In this document: one piece after another, positions 25,806 to 32,000 of the stretch | Layout: each line of letters opens with the position of its first letter | Position numbering within the stretch: position 1 is the first letter of the stretch | Source of the DNA: Breznakia sp. PF5-3 | Lineage (GTDB): Bacteria; Bacillota_I; Bacilli_A; Erysipelotrichales; Erysipelotrichaceae | Length of the DNA: 32,000 nt | Direction: 5' to 3' | Assembly (NCBI RefSeq): GCF_029504745.1 | Contig: NZ_JAQFIQ010000022.1 | Span: 8,342-40,341 of the forward strand | Made by a program: the position numbers and the translations under genes | The notes under the pieces: model-generated | Seen by the model: only the letters and a program-made list of their open reading frames with translations | Database searches by the model: none | Told to the model about the DNA's origin: nothing

Positions 25806-26441
25806 TTATAAATCTTCTTTTGTTGTTATTTTTTTATTTCCATAATCTCCAACAACTGCTTTAACTCTTGTTTTTCCATATCTTTCAAACAATTGTGCAT
25901 CATCACTTGCGAAAAACCCTTCGTTTTGACCTTTTTTATGACATTCTAAAATCAATCCTGTTTTAAAGCATTGTGGTGTTTGTGCTGAATAACACTGTGA
26001 CCGTAATGGTGACTCCTTCACATATCCATCTTCTACAATCTTAATGGTATCCACCACAGGAACAACTAATAAACAAGCATCATCCTCTTGTAATGTTTGC
26101 TTTAACGCTGTAATTTGCTCTTTCTTCAAAAATGGTCTAGCCCCATCATGAATCATCACATATTCACTCTGTACGACCTTAAGACCATTATAAACACTTT
26201 CCTGTCTTGTTTGTCCTCCAATCGCATATATTACCTTATCAGAATGAATGATTCGTTCAAAAGTACTCTTATCATCCAAAGAAACAACCATGATAATTTC
26301 TATACAATCTGGATCTTGTATAAAAGGAGATAACGTTTTGGTAATCAAAGGTTCTCCATGTTTTTCATAAAATAATTTATTGTACCCCAAATTGGTACGC
26401 GTGCCTTTTCCAGCCGCTACGATTATTGTAGTGTATTTCAT
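25806..26441 (-). CDS. ispD: IspD/TarI-family cytidylyltransferase (2-C-methyl-D-erythritol 4-phosphate or ribitol-5-phosphate type)
   Basis: Motifs AAGKGTR, GGQTRQESV, HDGARPF and TPQCF. ATG at 26441 with no recognisable SD upstream (T-run only). No ispF or tarJ partner is present. Confidence 0.75.
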   Translation of the reverse strand: MKYTTIIVAAGKGTRTNLGYNKLFYEKHGEPLITKTLSPFIQDPDCIEIIMVVSLDDKSTFERIIHSDKVIYAIGGQTRQESVYNGLKVVQSEYVMIHDGARPFLKKEQITALKQTLQEDDACLLVVPVVDTIKIVEDGYVKESPLRSQCYSAQTPQCFKTGLILECHKKGQNEGFFASDDAQLFERYGKTRVKAVVGDYGNKKITTKEDL

Positions 26442-26485
26442 AAAAAAATGATAACACACTTAAGGTACAATTTCATTATTTCATA

Positions 26486-27415
26486 TTATGATTCATAAAC
26501 AGCTAACACTTTTTTTACTTTATCAACTAATTTTTCACGCACATAATCTGGCTCTAAACATTCACATGACTCACCAAAACTAAGTAACAACGAATAACCA
26601 TAATCATCATCTACAAAAGGAAAATCTACATACATCTTATTTCCTTTTACCTGTGTAATTGCTTCTTCTCCACATCTTTCAACAATACGCTCACGTGCTG
26701 AAACATCAACACACAGCTTAATTATAAAGAGTTTATCTCCTATCCACTTTTTTCCATTTAATGGTTCAAATGTAATTTCTCGTTTTTTAAATGTTTCTGT
26801 CAATACGATGTTTTCCATTCTTGAAAGTCGAAAGACACGTGCTTGTTTACGTAATAAACAATACCCTTGAACATACCAACTTGTATCCTTCATTACTAAC
26901 CGATATGGTTCTATACTTCTTTGCGAAGCTTTTCCATTACGATCATAATAAGCGAAATTAATGATTTTTGTTGTATCAATAGCTTTTTTCACCTTCTTAA
27001 AAGATTTACTTGTTTGATTATTCGATGTCCATGTAGTTAAATCAATTGATATCTTAGACATTTTATCTTCTACTTCAGCATATAGTTCTTTGGGAATCAA
27101 ATTCTTAATCTTTGATAAAGCAGAAGATTCCTCTTCCATTGTCAGTGTTGGAGATACACTGTGTAGCCCTAATAATAAAGTTGAAAGATCCAAAGAAGAA
27201 AAATAATGTTTCTGAACCTTATAGTCTTCAAGAATACTAATTCCACCCTCACTACCTACCGTCGTAATAATTGGTACCCCTGCCATTGTAAGCGTATCAA
27301 TATCTCGATAAATCGTTCTTGTACTAACTTCAAATATTGCCGCTAATTCTCTAGCACTAATTTTTTTACGATCCAACAAAATAAAGATAATCGATATAAG
27401 TCTATCAATTTTCAT
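26486..27415 (-). CDS. YafY-type transcriptional regulator (HTH + WYL + C-terminal extension)
   Basis: N-terminal MKIDRLISIIFILLDRKKISARELAAIFEVSTRTIYRDIDTLTMAGVPI (HTH_11 type). Central WYL-like block: RSIEPYRLVMKDTSWYVQGYCLLRKQARVFRLSRM. ATG at 27415 (AAAGGAGAAAATTTATG). Confidence 0.85.
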   Translation of the reverse strand: MKIDRLISIIFILLDRKKISARELAAIFEVSTRTIYRDIDTLTMAGVPIITTVGSEGGISILEDYKVQKHYFSSLDLSTLLLGLHSVSPTLTMEEESSALSKIKNLIPKELYAEVEDKMSKISIDLTTWTSNNQTSKSFKKVKKAIDTTKIINFAYYDRNGKASQRSIEPYRLVMKDTSWYVQGYCLLRKQARVFRLSRMENIVLTETFKKREITFEPLNGKKWIGDKLFIIKLCVDVSARERIVERCGEEAITQVKGNKMYVDFPFVDDDYGYSLLLSFGESCECLEPDYVREKLVDKVKKVLAVYES

Positions 27416-27435
27416 AAATTTTCTCCTTTTTAAAC

Positions 27436-27461
27436 AATTATGACATATAGGTGTCATAATT
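27436..27461. promoter_or_regulatory. Perfect palindrome in the divergent WYL / PNPOx-like intergenic region: candidate operator overlapping two back-to-back extended -10 promoters
   Basis: AATTATGACA-tatagg-TGTCATAATT (10/10 match). Each arm reads TGTCATAAT (TGn + CATAAT) toward its own gene, at sensible distances from both SD sequences. Confidence 0.5.
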
Positions 27462-27503
27462 CCTATGATATATTTTCATTCTAATATAAAGGAGGAATAT
27501 TTT

Positions 27504-27923
27504 ATGAATTACTTAGACATATTTTACCAAACAATGGAGGAAGCAAAAAACATTGCAGTAGCAACAAGTATAAAAGATAAACCCCATGTAAGAATTATGG
27601 ATTTTGTATATGATAAAGATAAAAATATTATCTATATTGCTACATTTAAAAACAATACCAAGGTTAATGAATTTAAAGAAAATCCTAACGTATCTTTCAC
27701 TACTTTACCAACACAAAGCCAAAAGCATGTTCGTTCAATTGATGCAATTGTAAAGAAGAGTGAAACATCTATTTTTGATATTGCAGATGCCTTCATTCAA
27801 AAAAATCCAGAGTTTAAAAATACCTTGGATATGGCTGGACCAATGTTAGATGTATTTGAAATTCACAGTAATCATTTCACTGTAATTCCTGATATCAAGA
27901 ACGCAAAAACGATAACAATTTAA
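27504..27923 (+). CDS. Pyridoxamine 5'-phosphate oxidase-like (split-barrel, general stress protein 26-like) small protein
   Basis: 139 aa; NIAVATSIKDKPHVRIMDFVYDKDKNIIYIATFKNNTKVNEFKENPNVSF resembles the PNPOx-like fold N-terminal strands. ATG at 27504 after AAAGGAGGAA; the longer ORF-track start lacks an SD. Confidence 0.55.
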   Translation: MNYLDIFYQTMEEAKNIAVATSIKDKPHVRIMDFVYDKDKNIIYIATFKNNTKVNEFKENPNVSFTTLPTQSQKHVRSIDAIVKKSETSIFDIADAFIQKNPEFKNTLDMAGPMLDVFEIHSNHFTVIPDIKNAKTITI

Positions 27924-27967
27924 AAGGTGAAAATAAAGTGTTGAAAATTTATCAATATAATTGAAAA

Positions 27968-28005
27968 ACTTGCATTCTATAAAGTATAGAGTGCAAGTCC
28001 TTTTT
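27968..28005. terminator. Bidirectional terminator between the convergent PNPOx-like and HAD genes
   Basis: ACTTGCATTCTATA-aag-TATAGAGTGCAAGT (14-bp stem with one G-U pair), flanked by A5 upstream and T5 downstream. Confidence 0.85.
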
Positions 28006-28834
28006 AAGTTTTACTCTGCTCATGATGAATATCAACTAATTCATTTACAATTGCCATTTTATGAACAATTGTTTTTACTAGATAATCAAGTTCTTTCCCT
28101 TCTTCATAATTAGCTGGTGTTATAAAATCAACTCGTTGATCCATCAACAGTTTTTCTACTTTGTGTTTTTCTGTATACACTGCAATTGATTGTCCACCAT
28201 TAACCTTTACTAATTTCATGCAAGGAACATCCGTTAATCCATCACCAATATAAATCATATTGCGAAAGGGAATCCGTCGATCTCGATCTTCCTTAAATTC
28301 ATTTAGCTTCTCATCTTCATACAACTCTAACACACCCTTATTTATACGAAATAAGAACTGTGTTTTATTTGTATAATTTACTGTTAATGCTGGCCAATCA
28401 GCGACTCCATTTTCATTATAATGAAATTCACAAGCATATATCTTTTCAAAAGCATCTTTTATCTTTGTTCCTTCAATAATTTCTTTTAAACCGCTTGAAA
28501 TAATATAATGTTCAATCTTAACACCTAAAGATTCTCCATAAGCATTGATTCTATCAAACCAAGTTTCTACTCCAGGAAAAAGTTCTACATGTTTTCCTGC
28601 ATCTTCAAAATCTTTTCGTTTTATTGAAAGACGATTATCTTGCGCTTTTCGAATCATGTGATACATATAGGCAAGAATCCCATCCATCCCCTCTTTCGTT
28701 GCCAAGGTTTGAACTTCATTCCAAAATACAGAAGATTCCATCTTTAAATTAGGAATAAAAGAATATTCTTGCATATCTTTTGTACATAACGTTTTATCAA
28801 AATCATACATCAAAGCAATGATTGGTTTTTCCAT
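28004..28834 (-). CDS. HAD-superfamily hydrolase (phosphatase-like)
   Basis: HAD motif I is DFDKTL and motif IV is YIGDGLTDVPCM. I prefer the ATG at 28834 (AAGGA 10 nt upstream) to the GTG at 28843. Confidence 0.8.
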   Translation of the reverse strand: MEKPIIALMYDFDKTLCTKDMQEYSFIPNLKMESSVFWNEVQTLATKEGMDGILAYMYHMIRKAQDNRLSIKRKDFEDAGKHVELFPGVETWFDRINAYGESLGVKIEHYIISSGLKEIIEGTKIKDAFEKIYACEFHYNENGVADWPALTVNYTNKTQFLFRINKGVLELYEDEKLNEFKEDRDRRIPFRNMIYIGDGLTDVPCMKLVKVNGGQSIAVYTEKHKVEKLLMDQRVDFITPANYEEGKELDYLVKTIVHKMAIVNELVDIHHEQSKT

Positions 28835-29036
28835 TTTTCTCACATCCTTGCTTTGATTATATCAAATCCATAAATTTCTTTCACTATTAAGAATTTATAG
28901 TTTTCTTGGTTTTTTACCCAAACAAAATATCTTTTTTTTGAAAGGGGAATAAAATTCTTTTTGTTTTCATATTTTATCATCTTTATATTGTATTTTCTTT
29001 TTGTTTCGATAATAATATAGGTGTGAGGAATTTTGA

Positions 29037-29798
29037 ATGTCAAAAAACAACGATTTGCGAAGAGATGAAATTAAAAAATATATTTTGACCAAAGAAAAAG
29101 TCAGAGTAGAAGAATTAGCAAAATTAATGAATGTCTCTTTGGAGACAATTCGTAGTGATTTGTCTTTCCTCGAAGATACTGGTTTGCTTTATCGGACTCA
29201 TGGTGGTGCCACTTTACGAAATGCGATTGTGGATCTTCCAATGGATATCCGAATCAAAGAAAAAGCAGAAGAAAAAAAGCAGATAGCCTATAAGGCCATT
29301 AACTTCATCAATGATGATGACGTCATTTATATTGATCCAAGTAGTACTGCTTTGCCATTAGGGCGTCTCTTAAGACTAAAGAAAAATTTAACGATTGTTA
29401 CAAATTCTTTTGAGCTTATTCCTATTATTGCCGAGAGCGACCACAAATTAATTATCGTTGGTGGAGATTACCTAAAAGCAGGTAAACGAATGGTTGGTGG
29501 ATATGCAATTAACGTTATCAAATCCATTCACTACGATTTAGCTATTTTCGGAATGGATGGATGTATGGGAATTAATGGTCCTGGAATTATGGGACGCGAA
29601 GAAATTTTCTTAAATTCTGAAGTTATGAAACGCACAACAAAATCAATGATTTTATCGGATTCATCTAAATTCGATAAGATTGGTAAATATCAATACACAA
29701 CATTTGAAGAGATAGATATTTTTATCACAGATACCCTTAGCGATGAAGATCGCAAGAGGGTAAAAAGCAAAGTTGTTGTAGAAGCAATGAAAAAATAA
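29037..29798 (+). CDS. DeoR-family transcriptional regulator
   Basis: 253 aa with an N-terminal DeoR HTH (RRDEIKKYILTKEKVRVEELAKLMNVSLETIRSDLSFLEDTGLLYRTHGGA) and a C-terminal DeoR-C sugar-phosphate sensor domain. Confidence 0.9.
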   Translation: MSKNNDLRRDEIKKYILTKEKVRVEELAKLMNVSLETIRSDLSFLEDTGLLYRTHGGATLRNAIVDLPMDIRIKEKAEEKKQIAYKAINFINDDDVIYIDPSSTALPLGRLLRLKKNLTIVTNSFELIPIIAESDHKLIIVGGDYLKAGKRMVGGYAINVIKSIHYDLAIFGMDGCMGINGPGIMGREEIFLNSEVMKRTTKSMILSDSSKFDKIGKYQYTTFEEIDIFITDTLSDEDRKRVKSKVVVEAMKK

Positions 29799-29834
29799 AT
29801 TGAAATTAACGAAGAATCGTAAACTAATCATCCT

Positions 29835-29871
29835 AAAAAGACATAAGGACTTATCACCCTTGTGTCTTTTT
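29835..29871. terminator. Bidirectional terminator between the DeoR gene (+) and the 111-aa gene (-)
   Basis: AAAAAGACATAAGG-acttatcac-CCTTGTGTCTTTTT (14-bp stem including one G-U pair), with A-run and T-run flanks. Confidence 0.85.
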
Positions 29872-29903
29872 AGTTGTTATTCTCTATCAGAGTACTCAAA
29901 TGC

Positions 29904-30239
29904 TTATTCAATATATTCCTTTAAATAATTGAAAGACCAATACTCGTTATAAGTAGCTATAAAACTCATTAAATCAAATGCGACTTCAGAAGAAATCAAT
30001 GATCCTTGATTTTCTCCATCATATTGATCTGCCAAAGGTATATAATATGAATCTAGTGTGTTGTCATCAAACTTTGGTAAATCATAATCTTCCCTTATTA
30101 ACGCTAATTCTTCCCTATAAGTTTTTTTAACTGCTTCAATAGCATTTGATCGTACAGATTGTATGTATAAATAAATACCAATAATTATAATTATTATAGC
30201 TAGAATCGAAAATGCAATCTTTTTAGTTCTACTTTTCAT
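29904..30239 (-). CDS. Hypothetical N-terminally membrane-anchored small protein
   Basis: 111 aa with a signal-anchor (IAFSILAIIIIIIGIYLYI) followed by an acidic soluble domain. SD AAAAGGAGGCAAAATG. No family recognised. Confidence 0.55.
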   Translation of the reverse strand: MKSRTKKIAFSILAIIIIIIGIYLYIQSVRSNAIEAVKKTYREELALIREDYDLPKFDDNTLDSYYIPLADQYDGENQGSLISSEVAFDLMSFIATYNEYWSFNYLKEYIE

Positions 30240-30315
30240 TTTGCCTCCTTTTATGGATTACCAATCTTATATAATATCCTTTTTACATCTTTGTACTATC
30301 TTGTAGTAATAAACC

Positions 30316-30546
30316 TTAAATAATTACTGTCAAAATGAAAACCCATGTAGATAATACACTATATTTTTTCAAATTAAGCGAAAAGATGAATATACTTATT
30401 GCATATAGCACATAGTATATATGTGCAAAATACATTGAACGAATATCGTATGACATCCAATAACCCTCATATGCTTTAAAGATCAGTTATTCACATACCA
30501 AAGAAGTTATAAATGGCATATAAAATAGTATATATTTCTTTAACAT
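30316..30546 (-). pseudogene. 76-codon small membrane-protein frame interrupted by one in-frame TAA (a nonsense pseudogene, or a 19-aa leader ORF plus a 46-aa hydrophobic ORF)
   Basis: AAAGGAGGATTTATG at 30546. Translation: MLKKYILFYMPFITSLVCE-TAA-LIFKAYEGYW-MSYDIRSMYFAHIYYVLYAISIFIFSLNLKKYSVLSTWVFILTVII-TAA. Both parts are in the same frame (30546-30456 = 90 nt). Confidence 0.4.
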
Positions 30547-30712
30547 AAATCCTCCTTTTGTATAAATTTAATTTGATATCAAAAGCATATCATATAATTT
30601 TTAACTTGTATAAAAATTGGCAACCATGGTCGCCGAATCGTAACATTTAATGGTGTTTTATCAGTAATTAAAGTTTCCTTATAATTTTCAAATCTATTTA
30701 GCTATATATCAT

Positions 30713-31780
30713 TTATACTATGTACTTTCTTAACACAGGTATTTTGCTAATTATATATGTTGTAAATGCACTTAGTAAATATATTAATAATGTCAATATA
30801 GGAACCATATACATATAATTTAAACTATTTACATTAATTCCATTTCTTCGTAAAATGATTTCAAACAAGGCATGTGACAAATATATACCTAAAGAAAGCT
30901 TAGATAAACTTGTTAATACTTTTGTCATAGTGAGATTCATTTCATTTGGAACTAATTTTTTTGCACTAATCATAACTGCTATCGATGGCAATAGAACGTT
31001 AGGTGTAAGAAATTCATAGAAATACATAACATTCTCTCCTCTTAGAATAGATACACGTTTTGTCATAATAATCGTTGCGACAATTCCTATAATAGCACTA
31101 ATATTAATTATTGTAGTAAGCTTAGAACTAATTTCTTTATTATGTAAATAATATCCTAAGACAAAATATCCTACATACCCCAAGACTAATGAAGGCTGGA
31201 TTTTTTCACTTAATGTAGACAGAAATCTAAACTCATCTTGAAGAAAATGTGGTAAATTTGGAAACAGTTCTGAAATCAAATAAATATTAGGAATTATAAT
31301 TGAAAAAACGAGCCATAAAATTAAAAAATATTTACATTTTTTATCATCATAAATAAAAGATTTTATAAGCGGAATCATTAAATAAATTCCTAATATAGTA
31401 AATAAAAACCACATATGATAATGTCCACCTTGAAACTTAAGCATAAATTGTGTTTTTACTCTAACTCCATCATAAAAGTAATAAGGAATCAAATATATAG
31501 CAGACCAAAAAACAAAAGCAATAATTATTCTTAATATATTCTTTTTGAATAAATCCGTTGTACTTTTTTCTTTATTCTTATCTAACATCAAAGCTCCACT
31601 AATCATTAAAAATAAAGGTACACAAAATCTTGCGATACTATCATAAATATTCATTATCCCCCACTCATCACTGCTAGCTGAGGTTCCTCCCCACAACGGA
31701 GCAACTACATGAATCATTACCATGAAGAAGGTTGCAACAATTCTACAAACATCTAAATATAGTACTCTTTTTTTATCCAT
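30713..31780 (-). CDS. Acyltransferase family 3 (OatA/Acyl_transf_3-like) integral membrane protein
   Basis: 355 aa with about 10 TM segments. N-terminal YLDVCRIVATFFMVMIHV, typical of the family (conserved R/H). SD GAGAGGAGAAATAAATTTATG. Confidence 0.8.
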   Translation of the reverse strand: MDKKRVLYLDVCRIVATFFMVMIHVVAPLWGGTSASSDEWGIMNIYDSIARFCVPLFLMISGALMLDKNKEKSTTDLFKKNILRIIIAFVFWSAIYLIPYYFYDGVRVKTQFMLKFQGGHYHMWFLFTILGIYLMIPLIKSFIYDDKKCKYFLILWLVFSIIIPNIYLISELFPNLPHFLQDEFRFLSTLSEKIQPSLVLGYVGYFVLGYYLHNKEISSKLTTIINISAIIGIVATIIMTKRVSILRGENVMYFYEFLTPNVLLPSIAVMISAKKLVPNEMNLTMTKVLTSLSKLSLGIYLSHALFEIILRRNGINVNSLNYMYMVPILTLLIYLLSAFTTYIISKIPVLRKYIV

Positions 31781-32000
31781 AAATTTATTTCTCCTCTCAT
31801 AAAACCACAGAAATTAACCCTATATATATCCAAGTAATTAATATATATCCTTTATATTAGTTTATTATAGTAATCAACATAAGTCATTATTTTTTTCTAA
31901 TATCTGGGAACTGCAACAGTTTAATTGACAACTAGTTAAGATACATGTGATATTTGTTGTTGGTACTTATAGGGTGTCATCATAAACTTGGTATGAATAC

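Noticed and set aside
28840-29043. 67-aa minus-strand ORF (MTFKIPHTYIIIETKRKYNIK...) spanning the HAD/DeoR intergenic spacer
   Set aside because: It is lysine/isoleucine/asparagine-rich, as expected from translating AT-rich non-coding DNA. It has no SD, overlaps the DeoR start and SD and the HAD promoter, and contains the better-supported regulatory signals.
30619-30634. Locally GC-rich near-palindrome GGCAACCATGGTCGCC in the spacer downstream of the acyltransferase gene
   Set aside because: It is imperfect (two mismatched positions). It cannot form a hairpin with a viable loop, has no adjacent T-run or promoter context, and has no second copy in the window.
31936-32000. Possible IS element or transposase 3' end at the window edge
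   Set aside because: Only 20 codons are visible. I recognise no terminal inverted repeat or transposase motif, so this is kept only as a remark within the right-edge finding.
1-32000. CRISPR arrays, tRNA/rRNA genes, prophage or integrase genes, and alternative genetic code (TGA=Trp)
   Set aside because: There are no regularly spaced direct repeats, no cloverleaf-capable GC-rich segments in the short intergenic regions, and no integrase, recombinase or phage structural signatures in any frame. Conserved genes terminate normally at TGA (e.g. pgcA, dnaB, MFS), so the standard code applies.

Overview
This is an AT-rich chromosomal segment of a Bacillota (Firmicutes) genome. The taxon guess of an Erysipelotrichia-like or low-GC Clostridia-like organism is low confidence. 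I call 34 protein-coding loci, 31 of them on the minus strand. I found no rRNA, tRNA, CRISPR array or clear mobile element.

The backbone is the conserved replication/translation neighbourhood known from Bacillus: rpsF-ssb-rpsR, yybS-gdpP-rplI-dnaB, walJ(yycJ) and rlmH. It also carries ctp-uvrB, a glgB-glgP pair, pgcA and a stand-alone ptsH.

Several modules that look accessory or rearranged sit in this backbone:
- A tightly packed five-gene operon at 11795-14538: PNP/UDP-type nucleoside phosphorylase, RlmH, an orphan PD-(D/E)xK protein, a DUF523/TudS-type desulfidase and a Bsr-like cytosine-nucleoside deaminase. I flag it as a candidate modified-nucleoside salvage/detox system. It is preceded by a promoter plus two hairpins that could be a ~120-nt small RNA or an attenuator, with a C/U-rich anti-SD loop.
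- A terminator-flanked islet between rpsR and yybS, encoding a tandem-HTH MerR regulator and an ABC-2 exporter.
- A unit of WYL regulator, solitary IspD/TarI-like cytidylyltransferase and zinc-ribbon/TM/LRR surface protein. It diverges from a PNPOx-like gene across a perfect palindrome that carries two back-to-back extended -10 boxes.
- A gene-poor right edge (29.8-32 kb) containing a small membrane ORF interrupted by a single in-frame TAA.

All protein family calls come from motifs read in the translations and from remembered family signatures. No database search was run.
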